A DNA stretch of 63,736 nucleotides, the filler included, from Choristocarpus tenellus KU-1152 (taxonomy: Eukaryota; Protista; Phaeophyceae), in the NCBI GenBank assembly GCA_964200185.2. It is 9 parts of 9 records of this genome, joined end to end, with 100 filler letters (N's around TTAATTAATTAA, not from the genome) between each part and the next. Parts side by side here need not be neighbours in the genome. Positions count along the whole stretch, not along the records: positions 1 to 6,759 come from CAXNAD020007413.1; positions 6,860 to 14,416 come from CAXNAD020005966.1; 7 more parts are not named here. One strand, 5' to 3'. Each line of letters starts with the position of its first letter. The stretch's first letter is position 1. Positions 1-12,040 of this stretch are shown in pieces. Position numbers and translations under genes: made by a program. The notes under the pieces were generated by a model. The model made no database searches. It had not been told where the DNA came from and worked only from the letters and a program-made list of their open reading frames with translations.

Positions 1-224
1 CCCCCCCCCCAGTCCAGTCCAGTCCAGTTCAGCTCAGTCACTTTGCCTGTCCATTGGTTGCCTTCTCTTTTTTTTTTCAATTTTTTTTTTCTCTTGGGAC
101 TCGTCTCACTGCCGTCCGCATATACAATAATACAAAATCTTTTTTTATTTTATTTTTTCTTCCTGTTTTTGTAATTCCTTCCCTTATTATTCTTATTCTT
201 ATTCTTATTCTTCCCACATGTCAG

Positions 225-362
225 GACGACCAGTACAACTTCTGCGTGGAGATGGACTACGAGATCGCTCTCATATTCCGGAACCACCTCATCCCGAATG
301 CGGTCAACTGGTTCACTGGAGAGGCAGTGGGAGATGATGAAGACGATGATGACGAGGAAGAT
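225..362 (+). CDS. NAP1: Nucleosome assembly protein (NAP1/SET family), internal C-terminal-region exon
   Basis: AG at 223-224 after a pyrimidine tract, GTGAGT at 363. 46 codons DDQYNFCVEMDYEIALIFRNHLIPNAVNWFTGEAVGDDEDDDDEED match the NAP 'DYEIG..IR..IIP.AV.WFTGEA' motif followed by an acidic tail. Upstream exons lie outside the contig. Confidence 0.9.
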
Positions 363-1007
363 GTGAGTTGAGATCATGCTTTGTTCTTGGCTGCTCGCTG
401 TTCTACCCTGTACAACTATCCCAGATAAAAATAAGTCTGTGGCCTTGAAGCTCTTAGTGATATGTCTCGCCCTGCTGTGGAAGCATTTAGATGAGAGTAC
501 TTACTGTTCTTATCGAACGAGCAAAAAAAAAAGTAAAAAAAAGTCCTAGTTCTTTAAAAAAACAAAAACACTATTGCATCGCACTTCGCGTGTGAGTTGG
601 AGAAAAAAACAAAAAAATATTTTAGAATGAGCGAGTGTCCTGAATCGTGTCGAAATGCTATGTGAGATTATACTCTGGTACGGATAGTATCTATCATGTA
701 TGCCGAGGTGTTTTTTTTTGTTTTTGACCATTGTACTGAATTGGGGAGTGTCCTGTATGCTGGGAAGAAATGACACACACACACACACACACACACAGAT
801 GTGTATGTGAAATAAGTATGTGTTGGTTTGTATCTGTGTGTGGGTTGAGGTAAATGAATATACAGCTGTAGTATGAAATCGGGTGATCCAGGTTTGAGTA
901 CTCACAGCGTATCGTGCGTATCGATGGTGTGTTCCCAAAGTCTTGTGAAGTCTTGTAAAGTCTTCCTCTGTAGTCGACACAGTTTTGTAAATAAGTACTG
1001 TGTTTGA

Positions 1008-1095
1008 AATATGTTGGTGGTAGGAATATGTTGGTGGTAGGAATATGTTGGTGGTAGAAATATGTTGGTGGTAGAAATATGTTGGTGGTAGGAAT
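1008..1095. repeat. Minisatellite, 5 x 17 bp (AATATGTTGGTGGTAGR)
   Basis: Five near-identical tandem units read directly; they explain the repetitive ORFs at 546-1197. Confidence 0.95.
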
Positions 1096-2271
1096 GGACA
1101 TGCCGACTCGACAATGTAGTTGATCTGTTCTGTTGGCTGCACCAGCGAGATTATTGTTTTTAAAAGAGAAATTTTGTCGACAGAGACTAACCCTCAACCT
1201 CCAAACCTAGGAACTGGCTGCTTAAAACATTTGTGTACACGATAGCGAGAGCAGGGAAGAGAAGTATCGAGGGGCTCTTTGGTATGATTGTTGTCGAAGA
1301 AGATAGGGTCATACCTTTACCGGGGATCTCACTAGGTCTGTTGGAAAAATGGATACAGAAAGTTAAATTTGAATTTATACATGTGTGTGTGTGTGTGTAT
1401 ACATTTGTTTACATTTATATTTATTGCTGGTCCTGCGATTTAGCTTGCATTTTCTTGGCCCACACTGTGTAGACTAGGGTTTTGTCGAGGTCAATTGGAT
1501 GAGATTGAAGGGTTTTGTTAAGTAGAGTTACTTTGGTGGGGGGCATCCTGCTTGGGGAGGCCAATGAGGTGGCCAACGAGTCTCCTTTTCCTCGCTCTTA
1601 ACTGTAGGATCATGTCATGGACTTTTCCTTGTATGGGCATTTTTTATTTTTGGAAACTGTGCAGAGGTAGCATGACTCTGTTTGCTAAAAGAGTTGAAGT
1701 GAGAATTTGGAAGCCTGAGAGCTCTAAGGGAGGGGATATTATTTGTGGATAGCAGAGGTAATAAACAGAGGATGTCAAATGCCGATGGCTTTATGGAGGA
1801 TGGGAATCAGTGATGTGGAGGAGTTATGTGCTGTCTTATTTCTTGTAGTTTTGTTTTTGAGATGTTGAGTTGATATTGCACAATTGTGGTGTCTTTCAGT
1901 CCCGATTCATTGTGGGGATGTAGAGGCCTTGGTGTGGAATCTTGGAAAGATTTGATCTCATCTTTTAAGCACCCCCTCGTTAGGCTCTCATATTTATCAT
2001 ATTTTTAATAATGAATTGAGAGAAGTGCGTCTAATAGGAAGGTGTACCTTAGACACTGATGTGGAGTGTATGTAATGCAGGTTGGATTGATTAGATAGAA
2101 ACGTGATGTTGAAGTAGTGCTCAGCATTTTAAATCATCACGGTGAGGATTTACCTTCCCATTTGATGGGGTGTACCTTACACAGGTTGAGGGCCATGAGC
2201 AATGCTCTGGATTACCATCATCGTGAAGGAGAGGATAGTGGGAATTTTTTTTGACAAAATGAGATAAACTT

Positions 2272-2478
2272 AACCCAAATTATCTGGGGAGGGGGGGGGG
2301 GATCTACACCAGGGTGTCCATTTGGACCAAAGTCAGGAAAAGTGCGTTTACATTATCCATCCGATGTATGCAACCAAATCAAACAAAAATCACGACATGA
2401 AGAAATCGACTCGAAATGGACAGCTGCCACCCCCCTCCCCACCCCACCAGCCCCCGCAACCCCCACATACTTCGAGCG
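2272..2478 (+). mobile_element. MITE subfamily A copy
   Basis: Termini AACCCAAATTATCTGGGG...CACATACTTCGAGCG; core TCTACACCAGGGTGTCCATTTGG...AAATGGACAGC shared with other copies; flanks ACTT/ACGT (4-bp TSD with one mismatch). Confidence 0.85.
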
Positions 2479-2585
2479 ACGTCGCTCCCATCCCCCCTCC
2501 CCCCGGCTCGCTTTCATGTCACACCTGTTGTCGTCCATCACCTTCTTAGTCTGATTGATGTGTGTGTCTGTGTTTGTGTGTGCAG

Positions 2586-2630
2586 GACCTCTTGGACCGC
2601 AAGACCGAGGTTGCATTGGAGGATGTCACG
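2586..2630 (+). CDS. Candidate 45-nt exon (DLLDRKTEVALEDVT), possibly continuing NAP1
   Basis: TGTGTGCAG acceptor, GTATGT donor, phase 0-0, open frame compatible with the NAP exon at 225-362. Confidence 0.4.
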
Positions 2631-5447
2631 GTATGTGATTTATATAGCGTGTACGTGTCACCTTGATCTCTATGATCCAAGAGGATTTGATACAGTCCTC
2701 AGAAGGAGTTTGGTTGGGGCTGTTGCTGTACAAGTGCAGAGGGGGAGGTGCATGAGTGAGCAGTTCCAAGGGTCTAAACAATTGTATATTTATTGATGAA
2801 CCGGATGCTCGTCTTTGTAAATTTTGTAGTTTTGATCTTTCTATTCGACAGAACAATTACCCTTTGGTATAGCGGCAAGAGCTTCTGTTGCCTGTAACCC
2901 AGGTGATACAGAAATACCTTACAATTGCTCCCCCTCCTCCCGTCCTTGCATGCGCATTTTCAGTCAAAGGATGAAAGAGAACAGGGTGCCAATGCTACAT
3001 CGAAGATGTTGAATTTCCAGGTGGGAATGTCACTATGTTGGCAATGACACCAGGATAACTGACGAATGGGAGGGGGGAGTGGAGGATGCCAATTGAGAAG
3101 AATACAAGACTATCTCTATCCCAGTCATAGGATGGTGCCCTGGAGAACCACATAGCAATTGGTTGCAAAATGGCATAACTATAGAGATCTAAGCTTCTGC
3201 TGCGTAAGTTCTAGAGTCTTTGCTTCCATTGTAATCCTGTCCTTGACTATAATATTGTACCCATTCCCTCCCTGCCCTGCATAACCCTTTGGGACCCGTG
3301 CAATGACCATTCTTGACAGACACCAGTGGGCGTTTCATCAACAACGCCTGATGCTGATGTCAATGCCAGCGGGAAGGAAGAGCAGAATAATGTGCAGAGT
3401 TGATTTGGTTGCAGGTGAAGAGATGGGTACTACGGTGTATTGTATCATTTGTCTGAATATGTTGGAAAGATTCACCGGAGTAAGAGGTGTTGCAGGGGTA
3501 AAACTCGCACACTTGATGGTTAGCCGGCCCCAGTAATTGTTGGCGACTTTTAGTGGTTTCTAAACTCCGAATGACTGCAGATGAGGAATTCAGTGGGGGG
3601 AGAGAGGCAGAGAAGTCAACCAGCCTTTTAGTACCAGCCCTTGAATTCTGAGTCCAGAGTTTCATTTTCAGTGTGTATACCAAAGGGTTGTGTAATATGA
3701 TTGCCCAAGGGGTGGGTCCTGAAAGAGTGGGCGGAAGACTTTGGCATATTTCAGAATGCCTCTTCCACCCCGTTTCTTGTATCATATGCAAGGAGTGGAG
3801 AACACACACGACACAAACGGGGTCTCGGTCTATGAGGATTGATGAATTCCAGTTGATACGACTCTTTGTAAGGTGGTAGTGATGAAAGAGTCTGGTGGAG
3901 GGGTATGAAGAGTTGAAACTGACGCTCTTCCTGCCATCTGATGGTAGTGCTCGTGGCAACATTGTCCTGCTGAGAGACAGATGTGATGTAAGAGGTCTTA
4001 TCGATTTTGTTTTTTAGTGTTATCCTCTTAAAAAGGTCTTGCGTTTGTTTGTTTTTCTCCCCTGCTTTTGGCGTGCTGCACTTAATGAACAAACATTGAT
4101 CCAAATGAATGGGAGGGGATGGGGGCAGAGGAGGGCGGGCAGATATTCCACTCCTAATTTTTATCTCCCTCTGCCTTTTCTAACTATGATGTGCAGGTTG
4201 TAGGAAGGCGGTATGATGTTGTTGGGTGTGAATATGTTCTACTGCAATGTTTTTTGTCACTCTTTTTTGTGGGGGATCCTGGGGCACTATGGCGCTAAGG
4301 GTGGGGTGAGGGGGGGGAAGGATTGGATCTGCCTCCCTCGTTGTTGCCTATCCTGCTTCTTAGAAGATCAAACTGACAGACGTGCACAAGATATGCATGC
4401 TTGAGTTGCTTCATCTGAGGGTGTAAGACTGGAAGAGACAGGGGGCACAACTCATAATTGAGTTGATTAGCTGAGGGGCTCTGGCTCTTGCTGAACACAT
4501 TTCCTCCTTTTTTCTAATTTGTTTATTATTGTAGATTGGTATGACGCCTGTTCAGAGGTGTTCATCATTTTGCTGCTTTATTGCGTAGGCTCTCCCTCTC
4601 CCTGCTTTGATTGCAAGTAATAACGTTTGACCACCAGATAATGGCCTTCCTATATTGCTACGAGTATAGTATTGATGATGGAATAGGCGGTCTTCAATCT
4701 TTGCATGGATGGATGGATGAGTGCAGTTTCTATGTTGTGGGAAGGGTCTTCTTGTCTGGTATGGAAATGGGGGCACTTTGGTGAAGACACTCTCCCTTGT
4801 GTGATGCCATGAATAGGCGTTAAGGGTTGGTAAAAATGAGGGCTTTTTAATTAATGAGGATGAATGGCTGTGGATGGTGAGTGATAATTGGTGTGCTACC
4901 ATCTCCGAGAGGTATCTGGGCATGTTCAGAACGGGTTATAATTATTTTGATGGATCTATTGGACGAATTAATACGAGAGGCAAAACAGAGCCTTTACCGA
5001 GCCTCTGGCCTTGCAATGTGAAGTGCACTTTAAATAGTTATTTTGTGTCCCTGAATGTTCTCCTTCGTGTGTCGCATATCTTACAGCAAGTGGTTCGAGC
5101 AAACTATTATTGGATATCTTGAAATCAGTCCTCACACCCTGTACAAGAAGAGCTAAATGCAGAAACAACATACTAGCACCCCTACTGCTGTCAGTGTGAA
5201 AGTCTGATCTCACTTGCCTGCCTGTGTGGGTTGATCCCAAGCAAGCACTCACAAATGATTTGTTGCTGTCTTCAAAGTCTGTATCACGTATATATGGTGC
5301 GCTATGTCAGTAGCGAGAAGAGTGGACGGAGGGGTTTATCGTAGCTGTGAATACAAAAAGCATGTACTACATGCATGGGAGAAGAAGATTGAAGCATTTT
5401 ATGAAAATATTTTGTGGATTTGCTCTGTCTTGTTCACGTTCTCGTAG

Positions 5448-5486
5448 GACTGGCTGATGACAAGAGAGAAGATATCGAAAGATACG
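5448..5486 (+). CDS. Candidate 39-nt exon (DWLMTREKISKDT)
   Basis: GTTCTCGTAG acceptor, GTGAGT donor, length a multiple of 3. Confidence 0.35.
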
Positions 5487-5607
5487 GTGAGTGTATATTT
5501 TTAATTTCAACACTGCTTCTCTTTGTTGCATGTAGTATTGCTTGTTGGTACCTCCTGGTCAGTATAACTCCTTGCTATGAATGGCTTCAGGATGTCTTCT
5601 TAGTTTA

Positions 5608-5787
5608 AGCTCAAAGTGTCTGGGGGGGGGTTGGCGGCTGTCCATTTGAGATCAATTTTTTCATGTCGCGTTTTTTGTGTGATTTGGTTGCATACGTTCG
5701 ATGAATAATGTAAATGCACTTTTCTTGATTTTGACCCAAATGAACACCCTGGTGTAGATCCCCCCTCCTCCCCAGATACTTTGGGTC
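5608..5787 (-). mobile_element. MITE subfamily A copy
   Basis: AGCTCAAAGTGTCTGGGG...CCCCAGATACTTTGGGTC with the reverse complement of the family core; TSD not clear. Confidence 0.9.
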
Positions 5788-6759
5788 GTAAGGTTATGAT
5801 GTCGTGCATTGGATGTCCCTCTCGAAATCGTAAATCGTGTTCGAAATGGGGTTAGAAAATTTTAATATCGGCAACAAAGCAACTGTGACCACAATCTGGT
5901 TATCATCATCGTATTATTTCTACTGATAGTACTACGAAGCAAGGGCAGCAGGCATTTCTACACTTTAGTACTTTGTGATGGATGACACATCATGCGTAAC
6001 TTGGACGTATTACATATGACAGAAGAAAGAAGAGTAGTGCCCGACTGGTATTGCAAAGGTTGATTGCTGATGTGGACAAGTCAGATGACTTGGAGATAGC
6101 GGTGATATGGAGGGATCGAGGCAATTTATCCTTTCATCATGTCCATGTTGGAGGAAAATGTCTTCAAGAAGGAATTGACTGTGCCCAGCGTGCCACAATT
6201 CAATGGGTTTGCAAAAAAAGGATCGGCCCCGATTGCTAATGAGTCATTGGTAATTCTACATGCAGCCAGGTCGAAAAGAGCTATAGTAAACAAGAGGTAC
6301 CCAGATTTTGGCCGTTTTGCATCTTAAGCCTGTTTTCAATGTTTTGCATTTTACCCGTATTTCTATGTGGATGAAGTTTCAAGTTTGACTTAAGAGCGTT
6401 TATCTCTCTGTTGTTTGAAACTATTCACCCAGAATTCCAAAGTATTCCATACACATTTGTATAACGAAACGAATCTTGCACATATTTGTCAGCACCCTTA
6501 AAATACAACTGTGGATACCTTTCCTTTACTTGGCTCACAATGACCTGTCTCTGTGGACTGAAGCTTACTCAATAGTGATTGAACCACAAAATAGGACTCC
6601 ATGTACGAGTATCGATAAAACAAGAGAAATCTGTTGTTCCGATGCTGGCACCAATCTGTCGTAATGTGCCTGAAGGTAGTCGTGCATTTACCACACGTGT
6701 TCAAAAGGAATATGAGTTATCTGCTTCTAACCTTGACCAAGCAACGCCCGTCCAAAGTG

Positions 6760-6859
6760 NNNNNNNNNNNNNNNNNNNNNNNNNNNNNNNNNNNNNNNNN
6801 NNNTTAATTAATTAANNNNNNNNNNNNNNNNNNNNNNNNNNNNNNNNNNNNNNNNNNNN
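6760..6859. other. Artificial contig linker
   Basis: 44 N + TTAATTAATTAA (stops in six frames) + 44 N. Confidence 0.99.
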
Positions 6860-8902
6860 CCAATGGCCTTGGGGGGAGGGGGGGGACACCAAATGGTAGG
6901 ACATCACCCAGGACATCCAATGACTGCTGGTCCCCTCCACCACGCTACTCCTGTCCCAGGAGGACCCTCAAAGAACATTCCTGGAAATTTCCCAGTTATT
7001 GTCTCAGCTGGTGGGTGCCATCTTCATCTTATTTTTTTCTTTTCTCAAGATTTTTGTTGTTGTTACATTTCCGGGTTTTTTTTATTGAGTTGTTTGTAAG
7101 ACTTGTGCTCATCCACGTGTATATTGAAACGCTGTTGTTGAAAAGGCGTTTTGAAACGAGGGGCTGTGATATATTGCTTAGGGTTAGGGTTAGGGTTGGA
7201 GGGTCTACACCTCTCGATCGGCCTTTGCGACTGATCTTTGCCTGTCTCTACCGTCAAGAATGCCTCCTTTTTCCTTCCGCATAACCCTAACCCTAACCCT
7301 GGAGCGCTCTATCGTAGGGTTTGAGCCTGAGCTAGTTAAGGATGTGCCTAATCCCTCCTGGTGTTTACTCTGAGTGCTACATTCTTTTTTATTTGGAAAA
7401 TTTGTACGCATTTGAGTTTGACTCACTTAACTTTTTGTTCTATAAAGGATTTAACTTTCTTTTTTTGTCAAATTTTGAAGAGCAACGCTTACGACCGTTC
7501 CAAGGCATCGTTGGATCTGGTCGATTTTTCTTAGGATTAGGGTTAGAACTAGTGTGACACTTTTGTTAGCTGTGTTGAGAGACAGTTCAAATATTATTTT
7601 CTACATCGAATGTGCAGAACTTGGTTAGTTGGTAGAGGGACTGAAGGCTTTTTTTAGGCTGTGCAACAAGAAGAATAATATTGGTTTTCATACTATTAGT
7701 AGTATTATATATATGGAAATATAAGTGTGCTTGGGGAGCCAACACCCTAACCCTGTACTGGTACTGTAATAGTACGACCTTAGAAAATGGCAAGACAAAA
7801 TTAATTTTGTTTTGATTGATGCTGTTGAAGAAATGGTAATGTCGTTACATAGTTGGCGTTACCTCAGAAGAGAAAGGCCCGCTTGTAGCAGCAAGGCTTG
7901 CACTCTATTTTGCTTCTTTCCCATGTTTAAGTTGTAGTTTTTCATCTATGTGTAAGACACACACCTTTCCATTTACTGCCTTACGTTTCTGCCTCTGCCT
8001 CTCCCTTGTGCGGTTTCCACAAGACACCATTGTGAACTTGAGATTGTTTTTACCTGTCTGTCCTACTGGCTGCCACCCTATTGGATACACGTTCTGTTAC
8101 CCAATGTGCTCAAGTTTTGTCACAGTCAACTAGTCCAACGCTTCCCTTTGGACCATGCACAACACAATCCTCATATGCAGTCACAGGTGTACCAAATGAC
8201 CCTCAGGTTGTCGTGTCAATCCCCTCTGTTCAAGTCAACACAGTCCCGCCCGTAGCTCCAACCGTGGCAATCACCAAACCTGAAACGCCTGCACAGTTTT
8301 CAGCAAATCCTACGGCACAACCAGCACCCGCTAGCACATCCCTGCCACAGGAGCGATGGCAGCACCCGCAGATTTCATCTCCACAGTCAGCACTGACCCT
8401 CCAAGGGAGTACAACCACAGCACTGTCCTTGGTGTCAGTATCGGCAGCAGGTGCAGCAGGGGGACATAGCAATGGGTTTGGACAAGGAGAGAAGGCGTCT
8501 TCTGCGGAAATGGGTGTGCGGGTGGAAGGGTCTCCAAGTGACGGTGGTGGGTTGGCAGTTTTAACTGCAAGGCCGGGAAATGCATTGGCCGCCTCGACAG
8601 GCTATGCAGAACCTGATCCCATTGTGATGCCGCTGGCTGGGGTAGATGTGTGTTTGGAGGGAGATGTAAACATTGATGTAGCAGCAGCTGCCGCTGTGGC
8701 GGCTGAGGGGGCGGCTGCTGTGGCAGAGGCTGAAGAAGCAGTGGCCAAAGCTGCAGTGGTTGAAGTAGGACAGGTTGTTGTTAGCTCAGAGGATGGGGTG
8801 GAGGGCGGGTTGGGGCAGAGGGAGAGTGGCAAAGACTCAGTTATTGCGGTGGATGTGGGCGGAGGGGGAAGTGACCTGATGATTGATGTTTTGGATGGAT
8901 AG
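6860..8902 (+). CDS. 3' part of a gene of unknown function (low-complexity Pro/Ala/Gly-rich C-terminus)
   Basis: Exon about 6860-7010 (…GHHPGHPMTAGPLHHATPVPGG…, phase-1 donor GTGGGT) and terminal exon 8181 or 8187 to 8902 (phase-1 acceptors CAG, about 240 open codons ending IDVLDG*). No recognisable domain. Confidence 0.65.
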
Positions 8903-10425
8903 TTGAAGGTTGTGATAGGTTGGTGTGTGGTTTTGGACATACGGCCTTGTTGGAGTTCTGATCTATGTTGTTGATTTGCTCTACTGGTGCCTTTTTGGAG
9001 TTATTGTTATGTGTCAATATTTTCTGTTTGTTAGGTGGGTGGTGACATCTGTCATGTCTGAATTTGTGTGAGGTGTTTGGAGTTCAAGTTCCGATGGCGT
9101 AATTGTGTGTGCATGAGTGTTCGTGTTTTTTGACTGATTGCTTTTCTGTATTGCCTCTCTGAACAGGAACCTTTATACTCATGGGAGCTCAAGGGGTGTG
9201 TTTCTGTGCATGGGGCATGTTTGCTGTGTTCAAGAGGTGTGTAGAGTAAATGTTCATCCAAATATGATATATACATGAATACATATTTATGGTCCTCTAT
9301 AATTTCTGAGAAAATTCAGAAAAGAAGGGTATATATTTATGTGTGTGTGTGTGTGTGTGTACAGTTGTGGTGGGAAGGTCCTGCGTTCTACAGGAAACGT
9401 TGTCAGTTCCCACAAAAACTCCCACTATGGGGGATTTATTCGCCTACTGCACATGGCATATTCATTTATATATATATATATATATATATATAGCTGTGTT
9501 ATGAAACGATCTGGTTTTTGTTCCAATGGCACCCTCTCTTGTATCTATAGGGCGTTTTGGGACTTCAAACTAAAATATTGTATCACAATAAAGGGACCTA
9601 TTTTTCGAGGGCTAACAGTGAAAGTAAGCACGAAGTGATACTCCGTGGGAAATTTATTCATACCAGTATCTTATTGCAGCGATAAATCTTCTGTCTTTTT
9701 GAAGTATCAATTATAACATGACTACCAGAAAAATTAAAATAATAAGAAGTAATATGTGTATTTTATTTAATACAACGAATCCGAACCAAGGCACAGTCTG
9801 CTCACCGACAGGTATCCTAGACACTCCAGGGGTCATAGAGCGTGTTGACACTTTCTATCTTGTTGGGTAGACTTCTCCCACTTTCACTGTGACACCTATT
9901 AGAGTTGTAGCCTTCGAGCACCAAGAACTCAGCAATAACCAAGCCAAAGCACATTCTATTTGCTGATATTTGCTGTCTATGATGGGCACACACACGTAAT
10001 GTACCCTCTGATTTGAGACTCGTGATTGAAGAAGAATGAATGGAAGAAGCTGCTGGGCGGCAAGCAGTGCGCTCCCTTCACCCCAAACCATACTGCAGAA
10101 TTGATTGTTTGTACAGTCTAGGGTCATGATTGTTGTAAAGGGGGGGTTCCTGTTGTGCCTAAGGGTCATGATTATGATTATCGGTGGTATAATTTTATGC
10201 TTTAATCATTACAATTCGAGAAAAAAGTGTCATGTTGTGTACACATCTTGTTATTAGACCTGAACTATGTATATTCATCTCTTTGAAGTGCAGTGAATGC
10301 ATGTACACTGAATACAATACGTAGCACAATGATGTTGAAATTTTGGTCTCTGGGCAAAGGAGAATTATGCATGGTCAGTGATTGCTGTGTGGGTAGTACA
10401 CACCCAAGCATGAATTTATGGTGGT

Positions 10426-10606
10426 GGCTCAAAGTATTTGGGGGAGGGGTGGCGGCTGTCCATTTGGAGTCAATTTTTCTTATATCGTGATTTTTGAGTG
10501 ATTTGGTTGCATATGTCGGATGGATAATGTAAATGCACTTTTCCCGATTTTGACCCAAATGGACACCCTGGTGTAGACCCTCCCCCCCCCCCAGATACTT
10601 TGGGTT
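10426..10606 (-). mobile_element. MITE subfamily A copy with perfect TSD TGGT
   Basis: TGGT|GGCTCAAAGTATTTGGGG...CCAGATACTTTGGGTT|TGGT. Confidence 0.93.
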
Positions 10607-11090
10607 TGGTGACTGTGAACAAATGTACATACATGTATTATGTTGGCAAATTATGATGTTCCAAAATATTATCTCAACTGGTACTATGATCAAGACTAAA
10701 ATATTGATAACGATATACATGTTGATCAGGGTTTTTTTGTTACGACTCTTTGGGGGTGGAAAAAGTGAGTCCCTCTCTGCCCTCGAGCAAGTGTACATTC
10801 ATTGGATGCACCAAAAAATATGTCCAGCTTCTTGTGGTGAAAAAAACGAGTTTACCTTGTATCAGAATCAAAGCGTATCTTGACATACTTCTTACCCCCA
10901 TGAGGACAGAGTCTCCTGAAGTTAACAGCATGAAATATTACATCTCAATCCAATGATCCATGATGGAATAATCACCTCCTCGCGCATGTGCCACTCTATA
11001 CAAGGTATTAGATCTCTCACCATTTTAGACAGTCATTGATTGACCTACTAGAATTCTACATTGAAAGCAAATGTGTTTTGTGCTGGTATT

Positions 11091-11271
11091 GACCCAAAGT
11101 ATTTTTTTGGGGGGGAGGGGTCTACACGAGGTTGTCCATTTAGATCCTGACCAGGAAAGTGCATTTACATTATCCATCCGACATATGCAACCAAATCACC
11201 CAAAAATCTTGACATGAAAAAATTGATCCCAAATGGACAGCTGCCACCCCCCTCCCCAGATACTTCGAACC
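11091..11271 (+). mobile_element. MITE subfamily A copy with perfect TSD TATT
   Basis: TATT|GACCCAAAGTATT...CCCCAGATACTTCGAACC|TATT. Confidence 0.93.
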
Positions 11272-12040
11272 TATTGACAATAGAATTGTTTCAGAGCAGC
11301 ACTGCCGAGTTCACATTGGGTTAGGCAATAGAAACAATGAATGCTGCTTGTACCTTCATCATTTCTATATGTTCTGCGTGCCAGGGGAGGTCCTTTGTCA
11401 GGAGGATTCAAAAAGACAAACCTTATCACTGAAGGGAGGCATATAATTAGTGTCAACATTGCATTTATTTCGCACAACAACAGAATGTTAAGGAGGACAA
11501 GACTAGAATCATCATTTTGTTTCTTTTTCCCATCCATGCAAGGTTTTGGACCTATTAGTGTTAGTAGCACAATCTCTCCTTGGTACACTTATTATCTATC
11601 TTGTAGTAAATCTGTTGTTTGTCTACATAATCCATCATATAGGTTACTTGGGGTTCAGGGATAGGATTATGCGCAACTCTAAGCATAACAATGATGAGGA
11701 AATGTTGAGTTTCCGTTATCTCTTAAGCTCTTGTTCCCCAGCATCAAATCTTTGTATCAAAATAGCCAGCCAATCCACTGTGTGCAAAACAAGATGTGTG
11801 CGACAGTGATAGACCCAGTCTTCAAGTACTTGCAAAGTAGAAGTGCATCCTGTATTCTACGCAATGTAAATGTCATTACATCTCACCCAACCAGAGCCAT
11901 CTACAGAACTATCTTCAAATCAAAGTAAGAAAGACATGCTGCTCTTCAAAGCATGATTGTCTTCCCAACAAGTAATGTGCCGATTGATAAATATAACAAC
12001 TGATGCGTAGAACCACTCAACCATATAGAACCCCTGGTAC

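Larger units (their letters stand above)
1500..4950 (-). mobile_element. Decayed non-LTR (LINE) retrotransposon fragments
   Basis: Minus-strand broken frames contain an endonuclease-like 'LFHHYHLTKSRIN' (about 3850-3900) and a zf-RVT-like 'PTLNAYSW...C..P....KIEDRLFH...YTR' (about 4650-4830). Many stops and frameshifts; boundaries approximate. Confidence 0.4.

Noticed and set aside
1008-1095. CRISPR-like array
   Set aside because: Units are contiguous with no unique spacers, the context is eukaryotic, and there are no cas genes. The same applies to 42306-42612.
2322-2554. Recurrent short ORFs of the type 'QEKCIYIIHP.YATKS.KN.DMKK' (also at 10265, 14541, 46519)
   Set aside because: They are chance translations of MITE subfamily A; frames and stops differ between copies.
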